Part shown: piece by piece, positions 10,802 to 26,573 of the stretch
How the letters are laid out: the number at the start of each line of letters is the position of its first letter
Numbering within the stretch: position 1 is the stretch's first letter
NCBI GenBank assembly: GCA_040954595.2
Contig: CM082590.2
Location: forward strand, 1,240,001 to 1,304,000
Source: Balanoglossus misakiensis
Taxonomy: Eukaryota > Animalia > Hemichordata
Length of the DNA stretch: 64,000 bases
Reading direction: 5' to 3'
Notes under the pieces: generated by a model
Seen by the model: only the letters and a program-made list of their open reading frames with translations
Told to the model about the DNA's origin: nothing
The model's database searches: none
Position numbers and translations under genes: made by a program

Positions 10802-13800
10802 AATTAATTTATACAACTATTTAAAGCTAAAAGTATACATATTTTTCCCAGTTAACTTCGGTATTAAAATGTATTGAAAAAATTTCGGTCCGATGCTCTT
10901 TTGTTTGCCAGATCCGAGCTGGCCGTGACCTGTGACGCGGTGGCTGATGGGTAAACTCGTTGTATTTCAGTATGGCATTCTCCGGGTAAACGCGGAAGTC
11001 CAACAAAGCTTCAGAAAACGAGCGTTTTTTGTCGTTATGATAGCTGGTCAAAGTTGATCGCCTCATTTCTGGGGTCGCTTAGAGGTAGAGGTAAGCTGGG
11101 AAAGGATTTTTCCCTCGATAAATTCGAATTTCCGAAAAACAGCTGCAGTACGGATCCGGACCGCAGAAGCACCAGTTTTTTCTATGTCGCCTTGCAGGGC
11201 TGTGGGTGGAGGCCATGTAACGCCGGGAACACACAGACCTGTACGCAGGGTGTGAGATTCTTTTAGTCCCTCCACACAGGATATATCAAAGTAAGCTTAA
11301 GTTTATAGTATACAAGCGTTCACTGTTCAGAGTTCACTTTTTATGCTCAGTCACTTGGCGGTTTTCTGAATATTTTTCTCTTCCGTTTGAGATACTTTGG
11401 CCGGGTAATGTAACAAAGTTGGATACACATCGGCAGCCCTCTCTCCAGTTACCAGTAGACCATCATGACTAGCACATATACAGTTGGCAGGATATGATTC
11501 TGGTTTCCTTCGGATATGTTGTATTCCAAAGCTGAGCCACATGTATAGTCTATGTCTTCCAAGGCAGTTACCAGGTTTAGTAATTCATTTGCTTTCAATT
11601 TCTTTGCACTGTGCAAAACTCTTGGTCTGTCACATTCTCCACACTTGACAGTACACCTGACTCTACCAGCTGTCTGTGCACTGGGACTGAATGGTACACC
11701 ATGGCTTTCATTCTTCTGCTTTTCAAGAGAAGGTCGTTGGCTTTCATTGGTGAGTGTTCCATACACTTCAGCAAATGGCTTGTAGTGGTCTTTGTCATCA
11801 GCCAACATTGGGTCAGGAAAGAAGTGTAACTCTTCAAACTTCTCTGCAGGAAGTCTGGGTGGTTTGTGAAATCTGCATACCAAGCTGCTACACTTTTTTA
11901 CACTGAATGAATAATTCCTGCTCTGACAGTGATCTTCATAGAACTTGGCTAGGTTTTCTGATTTCTGCGCTTCTTTCTTTGTTACCTTTATGTGTACAGC
12001 CGGGTCTATTTGATGAAGGCTGTTCTCTAGATCCTGGATTTCCTGGCTGTCATATACGGGCGACCGTAATTACTACTAAATATTCCAGAAACATATGATA
12101 GATACTAGCTTGTGAGTGATATGATAGACTGTACGCTTACTTACCATCAACGGATTCTCCACCATCTTCAAATCGATGCCTTATTTGTCTATGTGATGCC
12201 TCCAACAGTCTGCCAAATTCATCATACTTTTTGCACACTTCCGAACATTCTGGAATAACAAGGCATCATGAACCACACTGTAAAACTGCTTATGCAATAC
12301 AGTGCTTTCTCACACTCTTGGCCGCTGAGAGTGTGGGATAGAAAGTGTGGGATCAGAATTCGTCCCCTGCAAGGCCCCATAGACAAAACTGGTGCGTCTG
12401 CGGTCGAGGTCCGGACCCGGACGCAGCTTTTTCGGTCGAAATTCGATTTATCGAAGCAAAATCCTTTCCCTGTCTACTTCTACCTCCTAACCGACTCCAA
12501 ATATGATGCGATTAACTTCTTCTAACGTTCGTGTAACGCCGGGAAAACACAGACCTGTACGCAGAGCTAGTCAAGTCAGGGTTAATTGTAAACAATGATC
12601 TTCCGAACCTAACAGTAGCAAATGCCATAATAGATACGTACCAGCACTTGTCAAGTGGTTGCGAACCAGAAATAATCTCTTTGGTGCTGGGTTCATTCTG
12701 TTTTCCACTTCTCGACGATCTGGTCCGCAGCATATACGCTTCATCCATTGTGTGCAGTATGGTTAAAGGTCACTGCGTGCTGTGTCAGTGACTATTGCGC
12801 CACCAAGCGGATGACACTGTATAGTCTCGGTTTATACCCAGACCCCTCTGCTTCCTTCGTTGGACACTCCAGAAAGAGGAGTAATTGACAAAAGATAAGG
12901 TTTGTGGAACGAATCGGTGCGCCAAAATGAGCCGTCTCGTATCAACTGAAGACGCTAATTCATGTTGGGGTTTATAATATAAGTGGAGTAATTAGCACGT
13001 GGATACATTATGATGCGATGCCAAACGCCAGTCCATGGAAGTCTCAAATTGTATATTTCTTGGCAGCGTGGCTCACTTTTCACACATGCCATTCATACAT
13101 GCCATTTGCGGCAGTAATCGGACAAAAATTCATTTTGCAGCAGAATTCATTTTATCGCCGGCTGAGTTGTAAAGTATTAATGTTATGTATGGTTCAATTG
13201 GAGAGTAAAGCGAATTTGGTAATGTTAGGCGTTATGATATATTGACTTCCGAGTCGATTTTTTCCGACTGATGATTAAATAATGCAACAGCCACTGCACG
13301 TCATGATGGATCCCCGAAAGGATCCCGATTCTTCGCTCAGATTTTAAAAAAAAGAAAAACTGAATGTCTGTTAGAATATGTCATTGATATGTAACCGTTT
13401 ATTCAAATTATAGATAGTATAGATAGAGTTAAAGATTATATAGTGTGACAAAAGATTTCTTATAATTTCAGACGTCGTATCATGACTTGTCCCTGAATCC
13501 TCTGCATCTGTGTTTTCTGTGAAATGTAAACGTCGTGCAGCCCTTGATGTTGAATGTTCATTGGCCTATAAGAAAATATTGGAATTACAATATCATACTA
13601 CATTCAAACCCTGGCAATAGAGGAACAACAGGCCAGGAAAGCATGACAGCAGTGAAAATAGAATTAATGCAAATCTGAGAAATACAGACCATAGTCAATG
13701 TCAATTGTTAATTTATCCCTTGACATATCAGATTGGTTATATTTTATCCTCTTATTTTAAATGTTATTTTTCCTTGTGTAATGTTCAAGTGGCAAACTTT

Positions 13801-16086
13801 TAAGAGATTATTTTTAGTATTAATTTCATTGTTGTTAAAAGAGGTTAACTTACGGTTGAACTGTTATCAGCCTCTATTTCATTTTTCCACTGTAGTATTT
13901 TCGTGTCATGAGATTTCTTTATTGAGTCTACCAGGGACCTAGTGGATGTCTTCGAAAGGCAGATACCAAGCTTGTTGAAGCACTGGAAAAGCTGGATTGT
14001 AATAAATAATATTGTATAGAATTACATAAATTTATCACAGCATAGAGGCATTTCATACAGGATTTGTTATAGGCTCATGTTTAACTGCTGATTTAGACAT
14101 TGTATTTTAAGTGCTACATGCTTTCATATTTTTTAAGGAAGAACTTGTCAGATAATTTTTTAACCCTTGTACATGTACATCCAGACAAAAAAATCAATCG
14201 CATTTACTGTCCAGGTAGCAAATTAAGCAAATGTCAATAAAAACATATCAGTATATTCCTGCAAAACCAAGACTGATGCTAAAAATGATTATTTTCATAA
14301 CATCCAGTACATAAAATTCATATTTACTCACTTTATCACTACATCCATTTTGCTACATCTGCACGGAGTTAACACCGACAAAAAATTTATTTTTTTGTGG
14401 TGTTCTTGCATGCAACAATCCCATCAGAATGGAAACAAACCTGGCAACAGAGCATGATGAACCACTCCTGTAACAAGGGAACAGATGTGTTGATTAAATA
14501 TATAGAAGAAATACTGACACAGCTTCATTCTCAGTCAAAAATATGCATTCATGTATTTTTAGACTACCAATACCTGGGGTTGTACACCTGTCCAATATTG
14601 CTGCATAATGTTTTTATTTTAGTACAGTAAGCTGGTAAGCTACAGTCAATTGGATTCCCCAGTCACTTTTAGGCATCTCCAGTATGTCATCATAACTATG
14701 TGAGTAATAACAAAAAATGATAGTTCCCTAAATTCAGCAAAAACACTTAATGTAAAAGAAGATTACGTGCTTTGTTTGCCTTGTCACCATGGACGTAATG
14801 CAAGCAAATGTTGCAGGAACTTCCTTCTTTAGTTGATTTATTACATCTCCCCAACTAAAAGAAGACAAATTTTCAATTGTTACAGGCTTGGCAAGTGGTG
14901 TTTCTTTTTTTTTTTGAGTACTCTCTCATTTCCTTTTTGATCATATTTGCTGCAACTTTGAGTATGGCATTTCTTGCTGGTTTGCTTTTCTTGACCAGGA
15001 TGTTAAACGCCTGGAGATATTGGGATCTCAGCAGTTTCTTAACGACACTCCCACGGTTGGATATAATCTAATAAGAATAAGAAAATAATGAGGTTTTTAA
15101 TAAAGCTTGAAAGTTAATGCATCAGGACAAAACATTCAATGTTTCAAACTCATGTTCAAAACTCAGTGATGAAAAATCTTAAATTCAGAAACTACTGGCT
15201 GTCTTTATATTTTTCTCAAAATTTTTATTCAAATGCAAATATAAGATTGTTTCAAACCAAGTTGATGGGACGATATACAAATGAACACATACAATTTTCT
15301 CAACATTTTGGTAAAAATTCTTCAATCAGAAGGTAATATTACTGTGACTGTAAAATGTCATAAGTCTTCATCATGGCAGTTAAATAAAATGAGCAAAAAA
15401 AGTGAAGAAAATGGTCAAATAGTAAATTAATAAACTGAATACAGCTAATAATGGTGATTTTTAAAAAGAAATATCTTACCTTGGAAGTAGGTTTCACTAT
15501 ACTTACACCCTTTACTGGTGTACCAAGTTTCCTTCTCTTTGGTGAAAGACCAATTGGAGACCTGTAACTCTCATCGGGCATTTTTTTTGAGAGCAGAGCT
15601 TGCTTGCTCCTGCTGTCGGAAAAGGCGCGGCTAGTCTCATCATAATTTTTGCCTGATGAGTGTAGCTTTGCCAGAACTCTGGCACAGGGCAAACACAAGT
15701 ATCGTGGTTTTCCTGGCGTAAGGATTACATGAAATTCACGTTCAATAACTTCTACGCCCGGTTGGCTGGAGTGGGGCAATTTTGCGTCCACAGATTTTGT
15801 TTGTAGAGTTTTTTGTTTGGGGGCAAATTTAACACCACAATTAATGCATTCCTCCATGGCTACTGAAAGTGTATAGTGAAGGATGATGGGATTTTGCATG
15901 TTAATGACGTTTAATTAGTACTTAAGAAAGGCAGACAGAGACAGACACTACCATAAAACCATAAATCAATTAACTTTACTAGAAGTATCCAATATCAAAT
16001 GTCCAAATTACATGTCAGAAGCTTTGAACATTTTAGTTTAGTTTATTTTGTATTTATTTCACATCGAATATAATTACAGTATATTT

Positions 16087-17231
16087 GGGTCCCATTGGTA
16101 TGTACCATGGGACCTTATGGGATCGGTTGCGTCTGTATGTATGTATGTATGTATGGATGTATGTATGGATGGATGGATGTATGTCTGTATGTCCGTCCAC
16201 ATCAAAAACTTGAAAACCGCTGCGTGTATCACCTTGATATTTCGTGTGCTGATGCAGGCTGGGCTGTAGATGGGAGTTTGTTCAAATGAAGTTGTCATTG
16301 CCAAAAATATGCAAATTAGTTGGAAAAATGTGAATTTGGTCAAAACTCAGTAACTCAAGAACTACTGGTCAGATTGCTTTGCAAAGTGGTGTGTATTTAC
16401 TTTATTGAGTTGTTTTAATTAGGCAGAAACTCCCTCCTGTTATTCACATAAACACAGCAAATTCCTGAATGATTACATAACTGGCTAAGTTAAAAGAGGC
16501 CAGCTGTTCTATTTAGTGTATGTACAGTACATATGAAATTGGCAGCTTATGGGTCAGTCAGTGTTTGCCCATTGAGCAAAGTTGAACTTCATTGGAGAAA
16601 AGAAGAACCACGCCCGTCGGTCTTAATTTGCATTTTAACACTTTATTTTGCATTTCAATACTTGATTTAAATATGAGAAAAGCCTAACAGTTTTGTCTCA
16701 CTGTAGTTAAAGTTTTGGGACTAGAAATATAAATAGTTTGTGTCCATGAGTTTGTATTGGGGATGTGTTAGCACTCTGGGCACCGTACTCCTCACGGGAT
16801 CTGTTAACGCAGGTCAGCGCAACACACCCCAAGGTTTTGTATCGTCTTCTTTTGCTGTGATTTGAGAGCTATACAGTTCATCTTGGCATTCATCGTCCCA
16901 TCAGACGATATTAGATTGCTGTTGGGTCCCATTGGTATGCACCATGGGACCTTATGGGATCGTTGCGCCTGTATGTATGGATGGATGGATGGATGGATGT
17001 CTGTATGTCCGATTACATAACTGGCTAAGTTTTAAAGAGGCCAGCTGTTCTATTTAGTGTATGTACAGTACATATGCCATTGGCAGCTTATGGGTCAGTC
17101 AGTGTTTGCCCATTGATCTCTCGCTATGTGTGTGTGTCTGTCTGTCTGTCTGTATATGGCCATGTACTCCGGTGTAGACTTTTTCTTGTGTAATCACTCA
17201 ATGGGACCACCGTGTCCTTGACGCGATTTTT
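16087..17231 (+). mobile_element. HINE/DINE-1-like element, copy 3
   Basis: Near-identical to 138-1277. Confidence 0.8.
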
Positions 17232-20200
17232 AATTAATTTATACAACTATTTAAAGCTAAAAGTATACATATTTTTCCCAGTTAACTTCGGTATTAAAAT
17301 GTATTGAAAAAATTTCGGTCCGATGCTCTTTTGTTTGCCAGATCCGAGCTGGCCGTGACCTGTGACGCGGTGGCTGATGGGTAAACTCGTTGTATTTCAG
17401 TATGGCATTCTCCGGGTAAACGCGGAAGTCCAACAAAGCTTCAGAAAACGAGCGTTTTTTGTCGTTATGATAGCTGGTCAAAGTTGATCGCCTCATTTCT
17501 GGGGTCGCTTAGAGGTAGAGGTAAGCTGGGAAAGGATTTTTCCCTCGATAAATTCGAATTTCCGAAAAACAGCTGCAGTACGGATCCGGACCGCAGAAGC
17601 ACCAGTTTTTTCTATGTCGCCTTGCAGGGCTGTGGGTGGAGGCCATGTAACGCCGGGAACACACAGACCTGTACGCAGGGTGTGAGATTCTTTTAGTCCC
17701 TCCACACAGGATATATCAAAGTAAGCTTAAGTTTATAGTATACAAGCGTTCACTGTTCAGAGTTCACTTTTTATGCTCAGTCACTTGGCGGTTTTCTGAA
17801 TATTTTTCTCTTCCGTTTGAGATACTTTGGCCGGGTAATGTAACAAAGTTGGATACACATCGGCAGCCCTCTCTCCAGTTACCAGTAGACCATCATGACT
17901 AGCACATATACAGTTGGCAGGATATGATTCTGGTTTCCTTCGGATATGTTGTATTCCAAAGCTGAGCCACATGTATAGTCTATGTCTTCCAAGGCAGTTA
18001 CCAGGTTTAGTAATTCATTTGCTTTCAATTTCTTTGCACTGTGCAAAACTCTTGGTCTGTCACATTCTCCACACTTGACAGTACACCTGACTCTACCAGC
18101 TGTCTGTGCACTGGGACTGAATGGTACACCATGGCTTTCATTCTTCTGCTTTTCAAGAGAAGGTCGTTGGCTTTCATTGGTGAGTGTTCCATACACTTCA
18201 GCAAATGGCTTGTAGTGGTCTTTGTCATCAGCCAACATTGGGTCAGGAAAGAAGTGTAACTCTTCAAACTTCTCTGCAGGAAGTCTGGGTGGTTTGTGAA
18301 ATCTGCATACCAAGCTGCTACACTTTTTTACACTGAATGAATAATTCCTGCTCTGACAGTGATCTTCATAGAACTTGGCTAGGTTTTCTGATTTCTGCGC
18401 TTCTTTCTTTGTTACCTTTATGTGTACAGCCGGGTCTATTTGATGAAGGCTGTTCTCTAGATCCTGGATTTCCTGGCTGTCATATACGGGCGACCGTAAT
18501 TACTACTAAATATTCCAGAAACATATGATAGATACTAGCTTGTGAGTGATATGATAGACTGTACGCTTACTTACCATCAACGGATTCTCCACCATCTTCA
18601 AATCGATGCCTTATTTGTCTATGTGATGCCTCCAACAGTCTGCCAAATTCATCATACTTTTTGCACACTTCCGAACATTCTGGAATAACAAGGCATCATG
18701 AACCACACTGTAAAACTGCTTATGCAATACAGTGCTTTCTCACACTCTTGGCCGCTGAGAGTGTGGGATAGAAAGTGTGGGATCAGAATTCGTCCCCTGC
18801 AAGGCCCCATAGACAAAACTGGTGCGTCTGCGGTCGAGGTCCGGACCCGGACGCAGCTTTTTCGGTCGAAATTCGATTTATCGAAGCAAAATCCTTTCCC
18901 TGTCTACTTCTACCTCCTAACCGACTCCAAATATGATGCGATTAACTTCTTCTAACGTTCGTGTAACGCCGGGAAAACACAGACCTGTACGCATAGCTAG
19001 TCAAGTCAGGGTTAATTGTAAACAATGATCTTCCGAACTCAACAGTAGCAAATGCCATAATAGATACGTACCAGCACTTGTCAAGTGGTTGCGAACCAGA
19101 AATAATCTCTTTGGTGCTGGGTTCATTCTGTTTTCCACTTCTCGACGATCTGGTCCGCAGCATATACGCTTCATCCATTGTGTGCAGTATGGTTAAAGGT
19201 CACTGCGTGCTGTGTCAGTGACTATTGCGCCACCAAGCGGATGACACTGTATAGTCTCGGTTTATACCCAGACCCCTCTGCTTCCTTCGTTGGACACTCC
19301 AGAAAGAGGAGTAATTGACAAAAGATAAGGTTTGTGGAACGAATCGGTGCGCCAAAATGAGCCGTCTCGTATCAACTGAAGACGCTAATTCATGTTGGGG
19401 TTTATAATATAAGTGGAGTAATTAGCACGTGGATACATTATGATGCGATGCCAAACGCCAGTCCATGGAAGTCTCAAATTGTATATTTCTTGGCAGCGTG
19501 GCTCACTTTTCACACATGCCATTCATACATGCCATTTGCGGCAGTAATCGGACAAAAATTCATTTTGCAGCAGAATTCATTTTATCGCCGGCTGAGTTGT
19601 AAAGTATTAATGTTATGTATGGTTCAATTGGAGAGTAAAGCGAATTTGGTAATGTTAGGCGTTATGATATATTGACTTCCGAGTCGATTTTTTCCGACTG
19701 ATGATTAAATAATGCAACAGCCACTGCACGTCATGATGGATCCCCGAAAGGATCCCGATTCTTCGCTCAGATTTTAAAAAAAAGAAAAACTGAATGTCTG
19801 TTAGAATATGTCATTGATATGTAACCGTTTATTCAAATTATAGATAGTATAGATAGAGTTACAGATTATATAGTGTGACAAAAGATTTCTTATAATTTCA
19901 GACGTCGTATCATGACTTGTCCCTGAATCCTCTGCATCTGTGTTTTCTGTGAAATGTAAACGTCGTGCAGCCCTTGATGTTGAATGTTCATTGGCCTATA
20001 AGAAAATATTGGAATTACAATATCATACTACATTCAAACCCTGGCAATAGAGGCACAACAGGCCAGGAAAGCATGACAGCAGTGAAAATAGAATTAATGC
20101 AAATCTGAGAAATACAGACCATAGTCAATGTCAATTGTTAATTTATCCCTTGACATATCAGATTGGTTATATTTTATCCTCTTATTTTAAATGTTATTTT

Positions 20201-22482
20201 TCCTTGTGTAATGTTCAAGTGGCAAACTTTTAAGAGATTATTTTTAGTATTAATTTCATTGTTGTTAAAAGAGGTTAACTTACGGTTGAACTGTTATCAG
20301 CCTCTATTTCATTTTTCCACTGTAGTATTTTCGTGTCATGAGATTTCTTTATTGAGTCTACCAGGGACCTAGTGGATGTCTTCGAAAGGCAGATACCAAG
20401 CTTGTTGAAGCACTGGAAAAGCTGGATTGTAATAAATATTATTGTATAGAATTACATAAATTTATCACAGCATAGAGGCATTTCATACAGGATTTGTTAT
20501 AGGCTCATGTTTAACTGCTGATTTAGACATTGTATTTTAAGTGCTACATGCTTTCATATTTTTTAAGGAAGAACTTGTCAGATAATTTTTTAACCCTTGT
20601 ACATGTACATCCAGACAAAAAAATCAATCGCATTTACTGTCCAGGTAGCAAATTAAGCAAATGTCAATATAAACATATCAGTATATTCCTGCAAAACCAA
20701 GACTGATGCTAAAAATGATTATTTTCATAACATCCAGTACATAAAATTCATATTTACTCACTTTATCACTACATCCATTTTGCTACATCTGCACGGAGTT
20801 AACACCGACAAAAAATTTATTTTTTTGTGGTGTTCTTGCATGCAACAATCCCATCAGAATGGAACCAAACCTGTCAACAGAGCATGATGAACCACTCCTG
20901 TAACAAGGGAACAGATGTGTTGATTAAATATATAGAAGAAATACTGACACAGCTTCATTCTCAGTCAAAAATATGCATTCATGTATTTTTAGACTACCAA
21001 TACCTGGGGTTGTACACCTGTCCAATATTGCTGCATAATGTTTTTATTTTAGTACAGTAAGCTGGTAAGCTACAATCAATTGGATTCCCCAGTCACTTTT
21101 AGGCATCTCCAGTATGTCATCATAACTATGTGAGTAATAACAAAAATGATAGTTCCCTAAATTCAGCAAAAACACTTAATGTAAAAGAAGATTACGTGCT
21201 TTGTTTGCCTTGTCACCATGGACGTAATGCAAGCAAATGTTGCAGGAACTTCCTTCTTTAGTTGATTTATTACATCTCCCCAACTAAAAGAAGACAAATT
21301 TTCAATTGTTACAGGCTTGGCAAGTGGTGTTTCTTTTTTTTTTGAGTACTCTCTCATTTCCTTTTTGATCATATTTGCTGCAACTTTGAGTATGGCATTT
21401 CTTGCTGGTTTGCTTTTCTTGACCAGGATGTTAAACGCCTGGAGATATTGGGATCTCAGCAGTTTCTTAACGACACTCCCACGGTTGGATATAATCTAAT
21501 AAGAATAAGAAAATAATGAGGTTTTTAATAAAGCTTGAAAGTTAATGCATCAGGACAAAACATTCAATGTTTCAAACTCATGTTCAAAACTCAGTGATGA
21601 AAAATCTTAAATTCAGAAACTACTGGCTGTCTTTATATTTTTCTCAAAATTTTTATTCAAATGCAAATATAAGATTGTTTCAAACCAAGTTGATGGGACG
21701 ATATACAAATGAACACATACAATTTTCTCAACATTTTGGTAAAAATTCTTCAATCAGAAGGTAATATTACTGTGACTGTAAAATGTCATAAGTCTTCATC
21801 ATGGCAGTTAAATAAAATGAGCAAAAAAAGTGAAGAAAATGGTCAAATAGTAAATTAATAAACTGAATACTGCTAATAATGGTGATTTTTAAAAAGAAAT
21901 ATCTTACCTTGGAAGTAGGTTTCACTATACTTACACCCTTTACTGGTGTACCAAGTTTCCTTCTCTTTGGTGAAAGACCAATTGGAGACCTGTAACTCTC
22001 ATCGGGCATTTTTTTTGAGAGCAGAGCTTGCTTGCTCCTGCTATCGGAAAAGGCGCGGCTAGTCTCATCATAATTTTTGCCTGATGAGTGTAGCTTTGCC
22101 AGAACTCTGGCACAGGGCAAACACAAGTATCGTGGTTTTCCTGGCGTAAGGATTACATGAAATTCACGTTCAATAACTTCTATGCCCGGTTGGCTGGAGT
22201 GGGGCAATTTTGCGTCCACAGATTTTCTTTGTAGAGTTTTTTGTTTGGGGGCAAATTTAACACCACAATTAATGCAGGATGATGGGATTTTGCATGTTAA
22301 TGACGTTTAATTAGCACTTAAGAAAGCCAGACAGAGACAGACACTACCATAAAACCATAAATCAATTAACTTTACTAGAAGTATCCAATATCAAATGTCC
22401 AAATTACATGTCAGAAGCTTTGAACATTTTAGTTTAGTTTATTTTGTATTTATTTCACATCGAATATAATTACAGTATATTT

Positions 22483-23629
22483 GGGTCCCATTGGTATGTA
22501 CCATGGGACCTTATGGGATCGGTTGCGTCTGTATGTATGTATGTATGTATGGATGTATGTATGGATGGATGGATGTATGTCTGTATGTCCGTCCACATCA
22601 AAAACTTGAAAACCGCTGCGTGTATCACCTTGATATTTCGTGTGCTGATGCAGGCTGGGCTGTAGATGGGAGTTTGTTCAAATGAAGTTGTCATTGCCAA
22701 AAATATGCAAATTAGTTGGAAAAATGTGAATTTGGTCAAAACTCAGTAACTCAAGAACTACTGGTCAGATTGCTTTGCAAAGTGGTGTGTATTTACTTTA
22801 TTGAGTTGTTTTAATTGGGCAGAAACTCCCTCCTGTTATTCACATAAACACAGCAAATTCCTGAATGATTACATAACTGGCTAAGTTAAAAGAGGCCAGC
22901 TGTTCTATTTAGTGTATGTACAGTACATATGAAATTGGCAGCTTATGGGTCAGTCAGTGTTTGCCCATTGAGCAAAGTTGAACTTCATTGGAGAAAAGAA
23001 GAACCACGCCCGTCGGTCTTAATTTGCATTTTAACACTTTATTTTGCATTTCAATACTTGATTTAAATATGAGAAAAGCCTAACAGTTTTGTCTCACTGT
23101 AGTTAAAGTTTTGGGACTAGAAATATAAATAGTTTGTGTCCATGAGTTTGTATTGGGGATGTGTTAGCACTCTGGGCACCGTACTCCTCACGGGATCTGT
23201 TAACGCAGGTCAGCGCAACACACCCCAAGGTTTTGTATCGTCTTCTTTTGCTGTGATTTGAGAGCTATACAGTTCATCTAGGCATTCATCGTCCCATCAG
23301 ACGATATTAGATTGTTGTTGGGTCCCATTGGTATGCACCATGGGACCTTATGGGATCGTTGCGCCTGTATGTATGGATGGATGGATGGATGGATGTCTGT
23401 ATGTCCGATTACATAACTGGCTAAGTTTTAAAGAGGCCAGCTGTTCTATTTAGTGTATGTACAGTACATATGCCATTGGCAGCTTATGGGTCAGTCAGTG
23501 TTTGCCCATTGATCTCTCGCTATGTGTGTGTGTGTGTGTCTGTCTGTCTGTATATGGCCATGTACTCCGGTGTAGACTTTTTCTTGTGTAATCACTCAAT
23601 GGGACCACCGTGTCCTTGACGCGATTTTT
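22483..23629 (+). mobile_element. HINE/DINE-1-like element, copy 4
   Basis: Near-identical to 138-1277. Confidence 0.8.
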
Positions 23630-24528
23630 AATTAATTTATACAACTATTTAAAGCTAAAAGTATACATATTTTTCCCAGTTAACTTCGGTATTAAAATAT
23701 ATTGAAAAAAATTCGGTCCGATGCTCTTTTGTTTGCCAGATCCGAGCTGCCCGTGACCTGTGACACGGTGGCTGATGGGTAAACTCGTTGTATTTCAGTA
23801 TGGCATTCTCCGGGTAAACGCGGAAGTGCAACAAAGCTTCAGAAAACGAGCGTTTTTTGTCGTTATGATAGCTGGTCAAAGTTGATCGCCTCATTTCTGG
23901 GGTCGCTTAGAGGTAGAGGTAAGCTGGGAAAGGATTTTTCCCTCGATAAATTCGAATTTCCGAAAAACAGCTGCGGTCCGGATCCGGACCGCAGAAGCAC
24001 CAGTTTTTTCTATGTCGCCTTGCAGGGCTGTGGGTGGAGGCCATGTAACGCCGGGAACACACAGACCTGTACGCAGGGCTATGGGAGTGTGAAATTCTTT
24101 TAGTCCCTCCACACAGGATATATCAAAGTAAGCTGTACTAATTCACCTATTAATTGTAAACAATGATCTTCCGAACTCAACAGTAGCAAATGCCATAATA
24201 GATACGTACCAGCACTTGTCAAGTGGTTGCGAACCAGAAATAAACTCTTTGGTGTTGGGTTCATTCTGTTTTCCACTTCTCGACGATCTGGTCCGCAGCG
24301 TATACGCTTCATCCATTGTGTGCAGTATGGTTAAAGGTCACTGCGTGCTGTGTCAGTGACTATTGCGCCACCAAGCGGATGACACTGTATAGTCTCGGTT
24401 TATACCCAGACCCCTCTGCTTCCTCCGTTGGACACTACAGAAAGAGGATTAATTGACAAAAGATAAGGTTTGTGGAACGAATCAGTGCGCCAAAATGAGC
24501 CGTCTCGTATCAACTCAGGACGCTAATT

Positions 24529-26573
24529 AGAAAAATGCGAAAAATATTACAAAAATCTTCTTCTCAAAATCGACGTGGCCTAGGACCTTGAAATTTGGCA
24601 CGGTGATTGGGGCCCATGAATACTGGTGCACCTGCCCTTTGAATTTGCAATTAGTCACGTGACTTGGTGGCTATAATCGAGCGAAATTTTCAAATTGACC
24701 TAAATTGCACGTTAATGGGGGTATGTACATTCTTTTCGCGATTTTTGTAGACCATGTGGCCAAAATCCCCTGTGCCAAATTTCAAGGTCCTAGGCCACGT
24801 TGATTTTTAGAAGAAGATTTTTGTAATATTTTTCGCATTTTTTGGTGGGCTGAGGACGAACACTTGGGCATTGGACTTTGAACGTCATTACGTAATGTTG
24901 TGGAGATCTCATTAGCAGGCGGGTTGCAGTAGTCCTTGGAAAATCGGCTGAAATACGTAAACAGACCAGTGATTATTTTCCACGGAATGAATTTTGGGAC
25001 AACACATTATCGGAGTTCAGGCTCTGTTCGGGCGTTTTATTGAATTACGCTGAGTTTGTTAGCTGTTGCCGTTCCAATGGTTCTATCCAGACCCGGCTAC
25101 ACTGGTTAACATTCAATGTAATGCGGCAGCGGACTTTGACCCTCAGTCGCTAATGTTGTGGGAGGCTAATGTTGTGGGAGGTTTCATCATTAGCATGGTA
25201 GTCACTTGTAGTGGATAGTAGTTTGGGAAATTGGCCGAAATACGTAAGCAGACCAGTGATTTTCTTGCACGAAGGGAGTATGGTACCAGCAATAATCAGA
25301 GATCAGGGTTCGTTGCCGTTCAAAAGTTCCTACTTCAGTCGTGACGTTGCAACTGGACGTTCAGTATTGGGTTCGGCCCGCAGGTGGCCGTGGGGGTTAT
25401 CAGGTCCCCCGTAATGGCACGCAGCTTCATGCAGCTGTATGGGACCAAAATAATACGCCCGATTCGGGGGTCACCTGTGACACCGTACCTGCGTAACTCT
25501 ATTATGTGCATGCGTAATTGTGGGGTCAATGAAAGGGATGCTAGCGTGGTATTTGTTGCACATGGATCAATATGAAGTCCGATTTTCCTGTCAAGTTGTG
25601 GGCGACCTTATGTGACATTTCACCTACTTTTGCTTAGTGAATAACAGCAGATGCATGCAGCTTTGGCGTGGTGGGGGGGGGGGGGGGATATACGGATGGG
25701 ACCATAATGATATACCAAAGGCGGGGTCACCTGTTGCACCTGCCTATGTCATTGATTTTGTACATTTAATTGGACACTAACCAACAGGGCGATATGTGTG
25801 GTTTTTGTTCCACAGGGACGAATGTAAGTGTCAGTTTGTTTTTGCCCAAATGTATAAGGTGATTTGGATGACCTCTGTCGTACAGTGCCATATCTCAGCA
25901 CGTTGTACAGGTGCAGCTTTGGTATTTGGAGGGATGAAACTATCATAAAATGCCAAATACAATGGGATACCTGTGACACCTGCTTGATTCATGTATTACG
26001 TGTATACCTAATGGTAGGCAAAGTGAAAGGGCTGCAAATGTAGGATTTGTTGCACATGAAATAAGCAGGAATGAAAAAATTTTGTCAAATATTTGGGTGA
26101 CCTCAGGTGTCCATTGACCTGCTTTCCATTATGTTAGCATGCACATCATATATAGCCAGGTGTTTGGAGGGGTAGGGTAGGACCCTCTGCGTCATGAAAT
26201 GCTAAATTCCTGGGACCACCTGTAACTTACTTGCGAAACTCATTATTATGGCCATATATAATTTGACCAACCCAAAGGGCGAGGATTTTCCGTTGTCTTG
26301 AATGTGAACCAAATAAGAATCCTAATGTTTGGCCCAATTTTTGGGTACCCTCACCTGACCTTTGAAGTACTTACTGAAGTACTTACAACGGAGAAGTTCA
26401 CCTTTGGTTGTTGTGTTTTTACTTGTAGGACATGCATTTCGGGTGGTTGCCTACTTCCCCATATCTCAACATCGAGAGCAAATACAGCCTACGCATTTGA
26501 ATGGTACAACCCTGAATGGATTCTAATGGTTATTAACTCTATGCTTGGGCCCCTTCAATGCTGCTTGCAGCTT
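24529..26573 (+). mobile_element. ~2.0-kb insertion private to unit 4, Helentron/HINE-like 3' end
   Basis: Other units read GACGCTAATTCATG uninterrupted. TAATT occurs on both sides. The 3' end is GCTTGGGCCC..GCTGC-TT-GCAGC-TTT (subterminal motif plus hairpin). The 5' ~75 bp is an inverse of 24771-24842. Confidence 0.7.
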
